DNA of 64,000 nucleotides, from positions 75,702,001 through 75,766,000 of the forward strand of contig NC_043008.1 of NCBI RefSeq assembly GCF_006345805.1, read 5' to 3'. The DNA comes from Octopus sinensis (lineage: Eukaryota). Below are positions 26,961 to 41,796 of the stretch, piece by piece. The stretch's first letter is position 1, and each line of letters opens with the position of its first letter. The notes beneath the pieces were generated by a model. It worked only from the letters and a program-made list of their open reading frames with translations, was not told where the DNA came from and made no database searches. Both the position numbers and the translations under genes were made by a program.

Positions 26961-29049
26961 TTCATTAAATCAATAAAATTGATTTCTCTAAGTCATGAGA
27001 AGACAAACTCCAATCTCTGAACAACGTGTCGTCTACATCTGGAAATCGTATATGAAAATATTGACACGTAACTTTAAATCTAGTTGAATGCGTGGACATG
27101 AATTTATAGAAGATTGTATATCATCTATTTAATTTATATAACAACATAAATATTATGTGCGCGCACACATGCAAGTCAGTGTGTTTGTGTATGTGTGTGT
27201 ATGTTCACAATAATCTTATGATGGAGTGCGTGTGAGTCAATGCATATTGTTTGAATTTCAACGGTACTCTTTACGTCACATGATGCAAATGAAGAATTAT
27301 CTTTTAATGAAATTGCTTGTATCACGATGTAGCGAAAAGCTTTATTACTGATTCCAGACAATAACTGGCTCATTATTTAGTATACATATCATTGTGTGCA
27401 CGCTAAGCAAAACACAAAAAGAGTGCGTCTTTGTTCTCATCAAAAGACTCTTTCCTGCAGGTACATATACATTACCTTCATGCAAATCTGTGCCTACGTT
27501 GTCAAATCCCTTTTCGTAAGATATAAACAAATCCTTCTCGTGTATGTACACAGATGTATACACATATATACAGATAAAAGCATCTAAATACGTATGCGCA
27601 TATTCACAATTTTGTTATGTATTCTGAACTAAAGTAAATATTCCTCTCTACTTGAATTGTTTTATTAACTATTCGTGCAGTATTTTACCAATACGTTTTG
27701 ATTTTAGATGACCAGCTTGGGAATTAAGTCGTGTTTCTAGTGGTGGTTAATAAATTTTACAATATTTGTACCAAATTAATGTTTATGTAATTTTCACATT
27801 CTTCCTTCTTTATTCAACACTTCTATTACCACAGCCAACGACAACTGACCCACGGAATCACTCATTCTGGAATAGAAATGGTGAATTATTACATCATCTC
27901 AATACAAATGTTAAACATTTCTTCATAGATTTTATAGCGCAAACCTTGTAAACTCAATTTGTTTTTTATTATTTATTGATTTATTTTGAACATGGATTAT
28001 ATGGAAGAATATTGTGACTTGTTTAGAAAACCTGTTAATGATTATCCTGTTATTCAAAGTGATAAAGTATCTAAAGTTTTTCCTTGGTAAATATCTTAGA
28101 ATTTATCCATTTAGGTAACTATTTCCGAAAAATTATTTTCAATTTTACCTCACTATAGTATTCTGCATTGAAATTCTACGTAAAATATATTGATATCGTG
28201 ATAATAGTTAATTTGTTGATTATCTCAAAGGTAATGATTTTCAAATACTCTCTTGACTTGCATGCGTCTGTGAGACAGTGATACGTAAACTAACACTTTT
28301 ATCTTATAAATAAAGGTTTCTATTATTGAATCCGGTCCACTAATTACAGACTGAAAATTTCCCTATTCGAAAAATGATTCAAAACAATAATAAGTAAAAA
28401 ATATGAGTACGTCAAAAAAAAAACAATAAAATAAGAATTAACTATCCTCAAAATCAACAGTGAGATCGACCTGTTTTCCCCCAACTATATTATACAACAA
28501 ACTCTTACTATAAGCCACAAAAATACAAGCAACACTAATAACATGAATGAACCTGATTGCAATAACCAATTTATAAATTCTGTCCACAGGAATAGAGATA
28601 AGCCGGATACGGTGTGAACAAAAGAAGCAAAAAAGAAACAAACAACAAAAATTCGTAATTCATCAAAGAGAGAATTAACGGCAGAACGTATTAGTGCACA
28701 CTCTGCTAGGCTTAAATTTACACAAAAGCATTAAAAAGTCCAAGTACGGTGCAACGAACGACGACACGACTGAATTTTACTAGAAATTAAATCTCACAGA
28801 AGAGATGCAAGATAAAGAAGCATAACAAAATGTTGGTAAGAAACAACAGCAACGACACACTACGAAATGATAGAAACAAGACGGTCGACGATTTCTGTGA
28901 ATAGATTTTAAATTGCCCATATTAATTCACAAAGAAACCCCGATATCAAATTATATCAAGAGTGGATGGGACGACTTAAACAAAATGAAAATTTGAAATA
29001 ACTTCCTAGTGGATGTAGAATTCTACAAACATCGCGTCTTATTCATATT

Positions 29050-29640
29050 ACAAGAGTGCATATTCTATGAAAAGGTCGAAAACCATAGTCAATAAAATTA
29101 ATGAGAAATCTTACAATATTAATAAACTTATACGGAAAGACTTACCGACAAGAAATAGTAACATATTAGCCAATTCAGATGTAAATTTAGCTTCTCTTCC
29201 ATGCAAAAAGAAACATCTGAGATATGCTAAATCAGCATCTGAAAGTAGTCAATGAAAAGATAGTTCTGATAGTATACTTGATGTAGGGAATCTCTACTCA
29301 AACGTAACTTATATCTATGGAACTGAGGCCATTAAATTCTGAGTAAAAAGAATAGAGGTGAACCACACATCTTATAGAAAAATAATTGAATATGAAAGGA
29401 ATTACTGTTTTATAATGATTGACAGCTTTCATCGGCAAAAACTGAAACTTCTATGGTGATGAAAACAAACAACCCCATCCACTAAAAAGTCATTGGTTAT
29501 ACGATGCTCCAAGAATCACTACGAAAATGAGAACCCTTTCCTTCAATATACTCAACACATGTGGAAAAGATACCACGACGTTTGCTTTGCACTGTGGGAT
29601 GGTAACATAGAGAAACTGAAAGAATTTTAAATACTTTGCT
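29050..29640 (+). mobile_element. Decayed PLE reverse transcriptase fragment, same type as 47320-48850
   Basis: ILDVGNLYSNVTYIYGTEAIKF* parallels SFDVINLYTNIPHEYGI*AIDFW; MWKRYHDVCFALWDGNIEKLKEF parallels WKRYLDDCFIIW. Confidence 0.65.
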
Positions 29641-31716
29641 TGCTATATGGGTGCATGACGTGTGTGACATGTTATTGCATCCATGGATGCAATAACATAA
29701 TAAGATAATTAATAGATAAAACAATAAGATAAGATAATTAATGGATAAAACAAGGAGCATATTCAAACACGTTCAAGGCGACGATGCTTCGTAATTATTG
29801 ACAGAGACGGGTTTCATAGATTTTAAAGATGCCTCATATTATATCATGTCTTGAGAAGTTGCAGGTACATATACCTAGACATTCAAGGGTTTTCGTCCGG
29901 TTCTTAAGTGTAAAGTTACCCACTTGTATACAAAGAAGAAGACGAAACGAGCTATTCTTCGAAAAATCGTCATTCTTCTAAGACGAAAATGCTTAGTTAA
30001 TTTTAAAAGTCCGAAATTGTTATATTCTAGCACTTCCTAATAACGATTTCGAAATCTATAGAGGAGGACGATACTCAATTAGTTTTATAATTTTAAATCA
30101 CATGATTTTAAGGTTTTAAATTAAGGTCATAAATTAAGCTCACCAGTTTATTCGATGTCACCATATTCTATGAAGTTATAACACGAATGTCTGCTGCTAT
30201 ATTTCCGGGTGAGTCAGTGAGTTTCTAATATCCAGGCGTTTGGTTATATCTGTCGTATTTGTGTGCGAATGTACCACAGTAAAAGAAAATGGGCTATCTA
30301 GCTTGTAGCTTTCACTATACTGAGATATATCATACTCCTATGGTACTGCTTCGTTTTAGCACATCCCTTTCAGACCGTAATTAAAGCGCTAAGCAAGGTA
30401 TTGTTTGTACACAGTATGTATGTCAGAAAGAGGGAGAGAGAGAGAGAGAGAAACAGAGACAGAAACAGAGAGAGTATGTGTGTATGTGTGTGTGCGAGTG
30501 CGTGTGTGTGTGCATTTAGCACGCGTATGTTTGATAAATTACGTCTGAATATCAGCAGAAGATTACCCAATAAAACTTTGTCGTAATAACTAATGTAATC
30601 TTCAATGTAAAGCAATAGTAATAAAGCATCGCACGACCAAATATTTCCTTTCGGCACCCATTCAGGTCCTTTATCTCCACGTTTGCAGGAACGTAATGAA
30701 AGATAAATTTTGTAAATTATCTGAAAACAGAATAGATTGCAATTAAATGTCCTCTCATATATTACCATCTACACCAGTCAAAATTATGAAACCAGCAACT
30801 TATCCCAAAGCATACAAATACTGAAAAAAGGAACACAGCGTGAACTAATTCCTCTGAACAAATACCTTCAGAAAGAGTAAAAGACAGACCAAATCAATGA
30901 AAAAGTACTAACGAAGCCAAACTTTACACCATAGTAACAAAACCAAAAGTAAAAGTAGAGAAATATCCACTTGTGGTATAAGTTTCGAACTAACAGAAGT
31001 CTCATTTCAAACAAGGGCAACCATTCACAGTAACGAATAACTGCACCCGTCCATCTTAAAAACCTAATCTACGCAGTAACTCGTTCAAGGTGTGAGAGCA
31101 TTACATTGGTCAGACGAAAAACGCATTACGACAACGCATAATTCTGCATAGAACTAAGAAAACATATGAACATATGTAAGGAACACTAAACCATATTCTT
31201 TTACTCACTATATATTTAGCGATAATGCAATTTAACGACATCACATCTACAAATAAGTATCCTTCATCACTGAACATCAACTACATTTAAACTTGTAGCA
31301 GAGGTAAGGAGAGTAGCACAACTGATTGTTACTGCATCTCTAACTAAAGTCAACACAGCAACTGTTAATGTAAGATGAACGACTGCTGAAGCCACGATGA
31401 ATTAGTTACCGCTGGTCTTGCTCTTGCAACTATCAACTACAAATTTATCTGCTGTTACTGTCACAGGTAGACTCCTCCATCTCAGTCTATTGTTACCAGC
31501 AACTAGAGAAGGAAAAATAGAGCAACATGTGACCTTAAACAGAAAAAATACACACGTTATCTTTAATAACTGATATTATGAAAGATGAATTTAATTTATT
31601 TCATCTTAAATTTCATTGTATTTATGCCAATAAAAGTGAAAACGGTAGTTGCTTAGTTAATACTGTCTTATATGTTTTCAATGATAGGGTTCTCAAAGCA
31701 ATTTCTTCCTTTTAGA

Positions 31717-31920
31717 GGCGGTGAGCTGCTAGAATCATTAGCAGGCATGACAAAATGCTGAGCCACATTTCGTCGGGTTTTACGTCCTGAGTTCAAATGT
31801 CGAGCTCGACTTAAGATTTCATCACAACGGAGTCGATAAAGGAACCAGTTGTACATTGGGGTCGATATAATCGACTTATCCCCGTCCCACAAAATTGAAG
31901 CCTTGTGCCTGTAGCAGAAC
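31717..31920 (+). mobile_element. tRNA-derived SINE family B; other copies at 33782-33960 and 39397-39545 (plus)
   Basis: GGCGG..AGCTG..AGAATC..TTAGC (A-box-like), GAGTTCAAAT (B-box-like), conserved GGGGTCGA..TAATCGAC block. Confidence 0.85.
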
Positions 31921-32515
31921 GGAATGTGTGTCTGCGTGTGAGTGTGTGTGTGTGTGTGTGTGTGTCTGTCTGTCTGTGTGTGTATAAATGATTGTGCTAA
32001 AGGGGATAAATTTCGATGGTAGATGTAGGTTAATCACAATTTTACCCCTAACTTGAGCTTGAAGTTATTCCAAAAAGCGCACCCCTTTTGAAAATATCAG
32101 AAAGAACAAATGCTGTATTTAGGATTAAGCGTAGCTAACACAATACCAGCGAATGGATAAGAACATTATTTACCTCCTTCTCTATATTGAACATTTTTGC
32201 CCGCACCTATTTCAGATAACATATGTGACCTATCTATATTTTCCCTAAATATAGGTATTTTATATCATCTTAGAAGTTGACACATGATACAAGAGAGGAA
32301 TAATTAATATCTGCTCTTAAAACCATTCTCAATTTAACGGAAGCAGAAGATTTTATTTATTTATTTCTTCGTTTGTTTGTTAATTTCAACATATATAAAT
32401 TTCATGTAATATCTATACACGTAAATGTATAGGAGCTGAATGATTGTAGAACTGGAAAACTTTGGTAAACGCGTGTTGATTTACACATATGCATACCTAC
32501 ATAAATACACACACG

Positions 32516-32550
<35 letters not shown>

Positions 32551-33013
32551 GCACATATGTATATATTAATATAAATTCATTTATTTATATACATGTATGT
32601 AAATATAAATGCGTGTGCTTATATTCTTGTATGTTTATATGTATATATGTATAAATCTATCTTCAAATACTTTGTGTAATGTCTAAACTTTTCTCAGATC
32701 ATTTAATTAATTCTGTTTGAGCAAATGTGTGTGGACGCAGTTATTTTTAACATTAATTTTATATCTTTGTTGTTGTCATTAAATTCTATATCAAATATAT
32801 ATATATATTGGCGAAGCATTACCTTCGTTAGATTTAAGATGATATTTTAGCCCCATTAATCACAGTCTAGGTTTTGACATGACAAAAATGTGCTTCTCTG
32901 TTGTCAGCGAGAATTAGTCATTCTTTATGTTGCACAAGTAGAGTAATTTCTGTGATGTATTCGAAATATTTTAAGTGTCTGAAAAATAATATCAAAATTT
33001 ATGAAACATATTA

Positions 33014-33104
<91 letters not shown>

Positions 33105-35027
33105 ATACATATATATATATACACATACACAGCCATATATTGACAGTCCGTTTCATGCGTTCAGTAATTGTTTATCGAAGAACTATCACCCCAACACTAC
33201 CACCACTGTTTAAAAATAGTCAGTGAGTTGCTCTGCCATATTGCTCGTACCCATATTTGTTGTATGGGTAACTTCTCACATATTGTTAGAAAGTTACCTA
33301 CACCACAGCTGAATGGACTGGAGGAACGTGAAATGAAGTGCTTCACTCAAGAACACAACTCACCGACATCTGTAAATAGACACTTTGATCGGATGATCAT
33401 GAGTGTAACACTTTTATCAATAAGCTACGCGTCTTTGCTACCGAAATATGAGAACTATAGACCAAAGCTAAATTTAACATTGCAATAAGAGGGGATTATT
33501 CGTGACACATGATCAGTGTAGAACTAAATTATTTCTTGTATCATTTTCCATTGCGATCCAGAATTTTCTTGGTTTGAATAAACACTTCCGGTATATGTGT
33601 AATGGCAATAAGATGCGTTTCATCTGACCAAATCTGTATACTTCCATATGGATATGAACTACCTGCAAAAAACATTTCATGAGAATGCTAAGAATCATCA
33701 TGCAAACTAAATATAATAATTAATCGTTATTAATAATCGTTACACTTGGTGTGCTGGTTCAAATTACTAATATTCATTACAGGCGGCCAGCTGGCAAAAT
33801 CATTACATCGCCGGACACAATGCTTAGCAGAATTTCTTCTGGTTTTAGGTTCTGAATTTAAGTACCGTCGAGTTATTGAAGAAATGCGTACCAGCCAAAC
33901 ACTGCGGCCGATGCATTCGACTGATCCCAAACCCCAAAATTCCAAGCGTTCTACTTATAGAAGAAAGAATTATAAACAATCATTATTTTTGGTTATCATA
34001 ACTCGGTAAAGAACTTCTAATTATGTGTCTTCTTTAGTTACAAACTAAAATAAATGTTTCGTCTCAAACATTTTCATCAGAATTAATTAAATGATCTGAT
34101 AAAAGTTTAGACATTACACAAAGTCAGTTAAACAACCTGCAAATTATGACTAACTTGAACTTAGAAACTAGATGTCTATAGCTGCATAACACAGAATAAA
34201 TTTCTACAATTTTTCCACTATTTTGATAGTTTCCTTAAACGTTTATCGAGAACTGTTTTTCTCTTATCTTGAAAATCTTAGTGATTTTAATTTCTAAAAT
34301 AATAATTTACACCTGCAGTTTTTCTGTGAAAAACTCGCGACTCACTATTTTATCATTTCTTAATAGAATCAAATTTGACTTAAATTTAATACATTTTATA
34401 CAGTTATCTCATTAATACCTCATTGTATCAATTTCAACAAGAAATACTCATGTTCATTCATCCTTATGTAACCACTGTTAGCTTTGAAATACCTTTTTTT
34501 ATAGTTGTCAAAAACATGTTGACAAAAACACCTTACCGAAACCACAACTCGGACACAGAGTACATAATTTTATAGTCACGATAGATATACAACATATGAA
34601 TATCATTGCTTCTATTGCAAAGTTTTCATAAATGTAAATCAGATATATCTTGTTTATACAATGATCTATATAAAGTGTCACTGGTTATAAGTATCAAATT
34701 AGCTTGGGGTACAGGTACAAATTGAGGAAGAAAAAGTTTGGCTGTAATAGTTTGGTGAAATTCATGTAACTGATGTTCAGTTTGAATATATAGAGCTATG
34801 TATCTGCAGAAAAACCTAATTGAACAAAGAATAGGAGTTTGCAGTTCTGAAAACACAAGAAGGAGGGGATGAAATACTATGCATGTAACAGAGAATAAGG
34901 AATGGTTATAATTGATGGGAGATAGTGAAAATGATAGTGATTAGGTGCTTATATAGGAAGACAATACTAGATTTGCTAGGCAGATAACTAACTAGATATT
35001 TACAGGGAGTGACAGAGAAATAGAGAG

Positions 35028-35028
<1 letters not shown>

Positions 35029-35089
<61 letters not shown>

Positions 35090-35090
35090 G
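35029..35090. repeat. (GAAA)n tetranucleotide repeat
   Basis: Direct reading. Confidence 0.95.
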
Positions 35091-35759
35091 AAGAGAGAAA
35101 ACATAGGTTAGAAAGTGGTTGCATTATGGTGGTGTTCCACACGAATGCGTGGACGTCTGCGTGTGTAGCAAATCATATAGGTGAGTTGTACTAGAGGCTT
35201 CTATACAAGTACATCAAATATTCGGCGTTGAATTATTTCCTACCTCTAAAGGAGAATATTTTTGTGCTGTTTTGAGAATGTTGAAGGAGACCGGGCAAAA
35301 GATAACGTAGAACACCCTAAGGCGTAGCAAATCAACCGAGAAAGAGAGAGAGAGAGAGAGAGAGTTTTACATAAGAATTTTTTCTGTGTATAGGGTGGGT
35401 TGTAACAATGACACAGGTCTGCGAATTCGAACATGTTGAAAATTGTTTTGATAACTGTATGTTACTTTATATATTTTTGTGATGCTAACTGGAAATAGCA
35501 GAAAAGCTCTTCCAAATTACCTATGATTTTCTCACAAGTTAATGATAAAATATACTGTAACTCGTAAATAAATCCACATGTGGTAGGGCCAACTGAAACT
35601 AATGAAAATCAATTTACTACTCTAGTTAGCAAAATAAAACGTCACAAATGCAATTAAAAGATGAGAAAATGGCTTTCTCAAGGGTTCCATTTTTATTTTG
35701 GATTCAGTACTTCAAAATCTCTTCTTTTTACTTGGAAACTATACATGGGACTCTTTGGA

Positions 35760-36900
35760 TTGTGAATATTTAATGGATATACATGATGCATCATCTAGCA
35801 GCAGTCAGTCATCATGTTGACATTCCATCTTCCCTGATATCTTTTCTCCATCTTCTTTAAGTCTTGATGATACCCATGCCCTTTCTCATTCACATCCCTT
35901 AATTTGCCGGAAAGAAATCCAATCGGGCATGTAGAAAATGAACTTTAAATCACATTTTACATACTACGGCATCGAAATTTTCCGGCATTCTCTCCACAAT
36001 GTGCTTGTGGAGAGGATATTTGTGCTTACTCATGAAGTTCTTAATCACATTTTAACAATTAATTCATGCATCTCTTTGCAGAATTCTTAAGAGAGTTTTC
36101 AGAATTTTCATCCTTGACGAGTTTCCTTATATCTGGCATTACATATACATCCTTTTCAACCTTTGTGTCACATAGCCTAGGAAAAATGCAACGCAAATAC
36201 ATGAAGCACTTTCCATCATGTGGCCAAGATTTTAAAATTGATTCATAAGGTCACGTTTTGTATGTGAAGGTGGCAAAAGAAACCTTTTCGGTTCAGCCAA
36301 ACCTTCTTGACAGATTTTCTCTTTGTCTGATATAAGTCTATCCATACATGGTCATTTACAAGCTCTTTTATTCATAGTGGTTGAGATTCCTCACTGCAAT
36401 TGAATCCTTCATCGTCATTGCTATTTACGTCTTCTGACTCAGAAATCATGTGTATATAAGTTTTCTAGTGGTGAAGGACCTGGAATATCTGCTCCATGAA
36501 CAATTTGCAATGTAGATGGGAGATTTGCATGAACAAAAATTTCCAACTCATCAAATTGAGTCCCTGCTCTTTACATGAGCAAAAGTATCAGTCATCACTG
36601 ATTTAAAAATTTTCTCCACATTACTGGAATCTAAAAACAAGAAAGAAGACAAATTGAAAATATCTTATGAGGATCCCACTTCTCATCTTGGTTTCTGTTT
36701 TTCACACCACATTTGTGGAGTAAATTTATTTCACAAATTCGGTAATGTTCTCTGATGTTTCTTAGGCATAAATGCACTATAAATGTAACAAAAGTCATCC
36801 GGGATTGTTGCACATCTTTCAGAAGACATCCTCTCTTCAAATGATGTAGAGCTCTGTAAAGGAAAGGGAACAAAACATTTTTAACAAATATACATTTATC
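35760..36900 (-). mobile_element. Chapaev-like (CMC group) DNA transposase remnant with internal deletion
   Basis: Minus-strand frames QDEKWDPHK, IPVMWR, LLPPSHTKRDLMNQF, MPDIRKLVKD, KVHFLHARLDFFPAN..HQDLKKMEKRYQGRWNVNMMTDC; family assignment from recalled motifs, not a search. Confidence 0.65.
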
Positions 36901-39614
36901 ATCTAAATGAATATGTAATATCATTAAGAAGCATTATATATTATATATATCATTGAAGATATATTGAAACGCAACATATAATACAATAAAGCAAAGTATG
37001 TAGAATATATACATTGTAAAAATGCATGAGTAAATAACTGAAATAATAAAAGAAAAGATTCCTTTTTTAAAACCTTTGCAGCGTTTCCTTGTAAAGCACG
37101 TCTTTCTCTCCTCACTGCTTGCGGGTGTCTGGAGCCACAGTGATGCAGGCACATCTCTGTGCAGCTGAAGCGTCTAAATGTTGTTGTCAGATGCTTATTT
37201 TTTTAAAATTACACCTATTAGTTATATTGTCATTGTCTATTTAGATATGGCAAATAGTAAGATGCAATGATTGATTTTCTGAAGAAACTGTGTATATGAT
37301 ACACTGATTTTTTGTAACTTTTGAAGTCAGCAGGTAAAAATTGATCAATTTCACCGAATAAAAACGTAACGACTTATTCGTCGTAGGCATGTGTAATGCT
37401 TTGGTACATGTAGAAGTTATATATTTGCTATGTTGAGAGAAAGAACACATCTTATCACTATTCGAGTGTGTTCTTAAAGTATCTCTTCATGGGAAGAGTT
37501 CTTAACTGAACGTCATGTTTTCATGTTGCATGAGATATATATCTGTTTACGGGGGACAAAAAAGTCAAGAATTTTGATGTAATATGCTGCTTTTCACGAG
37601 ATACAAATGGAGACGTTTTTTTAATAGTTACAAATCAAAGAGAATCTACACTTCATGCTAGAGTCAACCTCAAAGTTTAAGGAGAATACACACTATAAAT
37701 CATCGTATGCAAAATTTTCCTTTGTCCACGACATTGATGAGCTTAGCTCATGAGGAAGATTTAGGATTACATGGAAAATAAGCAAAAACTAAGCAGTTTG
37801 TGAAAAATTTCCCTTCAATAGTCAGATGTTCATGTTAATGCTGTATATTTGGTTTATATTTGACTTTGGTGTTAGTGTTTAATAAAAGGTGCTTGAGTAA
37901 TAACATGTCAAATTAGTTACGGTTACATGTGCAAATAAACAAAGAAAAGTTTAGTTTTAATAGTTTGGTGAGATTCATGTGCTTGGTGTTCAATTTGAAC
38001 ATTTACGGCTATGTGTCAGCAGAAAACTCTGGTACTATGTGTACATTAAAGACCTTCTAGTCTAAAACCACGTGACCTCATTTATCGGCTGAGAAACAGA
38101 CTATCGATAACACTGTTTCTGTAGGAGTTCGTAGTTGATATCAGAACATTCTTCAATGTCCATGTGGCATCATGTCTCCAGTACGTGATTAAAATATCGC
38201 AGTATTGCTACTGCTGATGCATTGCAGAAAAGTGTCAGAAAAAAGGAAGTCTTCGATAGCTAGTATAATAATTATGGCCTTAGACACAGGGTCATTATGT
38301 CTTTCATTACAACCACCTTATACGATACATCATCATCAAACTTAGCCTTTATAGTATAGTTTCTGTAAATCAGCCAGAACAAAGAGACCATTGTTGTATA
38401 TGATGTTGTTTGGGAAGCAGTATTTTCTTGTACGACTACTAAATATGGACACTTGTATATGTATATAAACATATCTTTATACAGGGTAGGAATGATGTTA
38501 AGTCCTGCTATTTCTAAGCATTACTGACATTTTAAGTGTATGTCTTTAGATAGTTTACGTTGGTGCCTATTGCTGTTGTAGATCTAATAGACGAATAGTG
38601 AATTTTGACAAAGAATTCCAGTGGAATTAATAGGAATATAAAGAGGATATATTTACTGTCTCTTTCAAATATTTCTTTTGGAAATTGGGGTAATCAGAGG
38701 CAATACATGAGAGAAGGCTTTGGATATGCTCGTCGTGACGAATTCTGTTGCATCTCTTAAGACACTTAGATAAATGCAATAATTCCAGAAAACACATTTC
38801 GGTAATCATGCTCCACTATCAAGGGGCTAATGGGAGTGACTTTATTTACATGAGACACGGCATTTTAAAATTTTACATAAAATGAAATGAAATAATGTAA
38901 ATTGATTTTAAGAGTCAATGCATGATTTATGTACACAATATTTCCCAATAATTTAAAATTCTCCCCTTCCCTTTGAGGTCTAGAACGTTTGTGGATCAAT
39001 AGTTCTCGCTTTAAAAAAATATTGATGAAAATTATGACAGTCTGTCTTTTTCTCTTTCTGTCACTCTCTCCCCTTCTCTCTCTCTCTCTCTGCTTCTATC
39101 TGTCCCCCTCTGTCTCTCTTTCTCTCTCTCACTCGCTTTCTTCTAAATTGGATGAGTGCAACTAGGATTACGACAGAGAAGTATTCTCAGAATTTATGAA
39201 ATTCCTGATAAATTAAAAGCTGCATAGTTAGGTAGTGTTTGTAGAGCGTCTGAAAAAATGGGGTGCAGTGTTTAGTTACGGATATTTACGTTCTGGGTTC
39301 AAATCATGCAGAAGTAAATTTTATCTTACATATTTTTGATCGCGATAAATTGAAATACCAAACTAATAGTGAGGTCAATCAATTTGGTTATATTAAGGCG
39401 GTGAGGAAGCAGACTCGTTAGCCCACCCGTCAAACTGATTAGCAGCATTTCGTCCGTCTGCCAGATTTGAGTTCAAATTCCACTGGGGTCGACTTCGCCA
39501 TTCATCCTTTCGGTGTTGATAAAATAAGTAAGTACTGGATTCCATGTAATAGAGAACCTCACTCAGGAAATGGTTGATAAAGGTCCAAAATAAGAAACAA
39601 AAAGAGACTTTTGG

Positions 39615-40545
39615 TGACATGAAAGAAGTTTATGTTGAAGATGCACCATCATATAAGTAGTCAAGCACGGGCATCACCAGTCTAAATGTGTTCGGACATC
39701 GGTGGAAACTGTTCCTATTCCTGGAAGACCACATTCCGCCATTGATGGCGACACCATCCATGTAGTGGAGCCTGCGATTTCGGAGGATCGCCGCATAACT
39801 ATTCGTCAACTAGCTGAAGAAGTGAAGATAAATGTAAGGTCTGTAGAAAAAAATCATTCACGACCATTTGCACATGCGGAATTCCTCTGCAAGATGGATT
39901 CCACAGATGCGCACACCATTTCAGAAGCAGGAATTAGTTAATTGCTCCTAGGCTCTTTTGACAATCTGAGACTTATCACACAGGATGAAACATGGGTCCA
40001 TGACTATGATCCTGAGACTAAATTCCAGTCGAAGCAAAGAATGCATGATAACTCACCGCCTCCAAAGTAGGCTCGTGTCCAAACCTCAGCTAGCACGGTG
40101 ATGCTCACAGTCTTTTCGAACCAACACGGAGTAGTGATGATCGATTTTCTGGCAAAGGGCACCTCAATTAGCGGGGCATATTATGCTTCTCTGCTGCAGA
40201 AATTGCGGAACGCTATCAAAACATGCTGACCAAAGGCTTCCACCTCCTCGAAGACACTCCTACAGATGAAAGCACACTCCTGCATGAAATCCTTCCCCAA
40301 GCCCCTTATTCTTCCGACCTCGTACTTCAAAATCTTTCCAAACATGAAGTCTTTTTTGAAGGGGAACCACTTTTCGGATGACCATGAACATATTTCCGAG
40401 GCACAGTCTTGGCTTCAGACGGAAAAAAAAATTCTACACATGTGACCTTCACAGCTGCATAAGGCGAGAAGTGTGTCAACACTGGAGTGGGGTATGTAAA
40501 GAAGGAATAATAGTTATGCCAAGTTTTATTTACTTCAGTGGTTGG
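39615..40545 (+). mobile_element. Mariner (DD34D) transposase pseudogene
   Basis: PGRPHSA..EDRRITIRQLAEE, ARWIPQM (WVPxxL-like), LITQDETWVHDYDPETK, VMLTVF, APYSSDL (YSPDL-like); multiple stops and frameshifts. Confidence 0.9.
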
Positions 40546-40626
40546 GAAATGGGTCAGAGAAAATCTGACTGAAAATCTTATACGTATATACGCATATACA
40601 TAATTTTATACATACATATAAACATA

Positions 40627-40717
<91 letters not shown>

Positions 40718-40729
40718 TATATGTATCAC

Positions 40730-40854
40730 GAAGTATATTTGCCACCTAAATGTGGCTAACACTTATGAATCGATGTTACTGTAGATTTGGGGCTAAAAGC
40801 TACAGTGGCATCGACCGTTAAGGGTTAGCCACATTTAGGTGACAAATATACTTC
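40730..40854. mobile_element. 125-bp fold-back (MITE-like hairpin)
   Basis: GAAGTATATTTGCCACCTAAATGTGGCTAAC..ATCGATGTTACTGTAG-15 nt-CTACAGTGGCATCGAC..GTTAGCCACATTTAGGTGACAAATATACTTC. Confidence 0.85.
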
Positions 40855-40904
40855 ACGATGTCGTGCAGCTACTGTTTATAACTCACACAGAGATTTATTA
40901 TAAA

Positions 40905-41115
40905 TATATATTACTCTTTTAATTGTTTCAGTCATTTGACTGCGGCCATGCTGGAGCACCGTCTTTAGTCGAGCAAATCGACCCCGGGACTTATTCTTTG
41001 TAAGCCCAGTACTTATTCTATCGGTCTCTTTTGCCGAACCGCTAAGTGACGGGGACGTAAACACATCAGCATCTGTTGTCAAGCAATGCTAGGGGGCCAA
41101 ACACAAACACACAAG

Positions 41116-41165
<50 letters not shown>

Positions 41166-41322
41166 CGACAGGCTTCTTTCAGTTTCCGTCTACCAAATCC
41201 ACTCACAAGGCATTGGTCGGCCCGGGGCTATAGCAGAAGACACTTGCACAAGATGCCACGCAGTGGGACTTAACCCGGAACCATGTGGTTGGTCAGCAAG
41301 CTACTTACCACACAGCAACTCT
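40905..41322 (-). mobile_element. tRNA-derived SINE family A, near full length, with internal (CA)/(TA) tract
   Basis: tRNA-like head (GAGTTGCTGTGTGGTAAGTAGC..CCGGGTTAAGTCCC on minus) and tail GCTCCAGCATGGCCGCAGTCAAATGACTGAAAC. Confidence 0.92.
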
Positions 41323-41340
41323 TATACATACATACATATT

Positions 41341-41418
<78 letters not shown>

Positions 41419-41699
41419 GAGTAATGACTAACCTCCATATATTCTGGAACAAGATGAACTATGAACTTCATTCTCGTATCTTTATTCTTTTATCTGCTGT
41501 TTTATTTTTCTATATATTGTGAATTCTGTCTGCACTTCCCCGCTTACTCACCTTGTGACTGATGATGGAGTACTCAGTGTATAAGAAAGTTGACGCATCG
41601 CTTGAGATATACCAGAAATAGTCGTAAATCAACTTCTTTTTTTATTCACCTTAAACATTCTAGACCTAAGATGCTCATCCTTTGTTTTGCTTTCCTTTT

Positions 41700-41773
<74 letters not shown>

Positions 41774-41796
41774 TATATATATTATATATATATATA

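Noticed and set aside
34055-34085. Minus-strand CUGAUGA..GAAAC spacing match
   Set aside because: No stem II closing pairs; the sequence instead forms an AAATGTTT/AAACATTT hairpin that includes the GAAA
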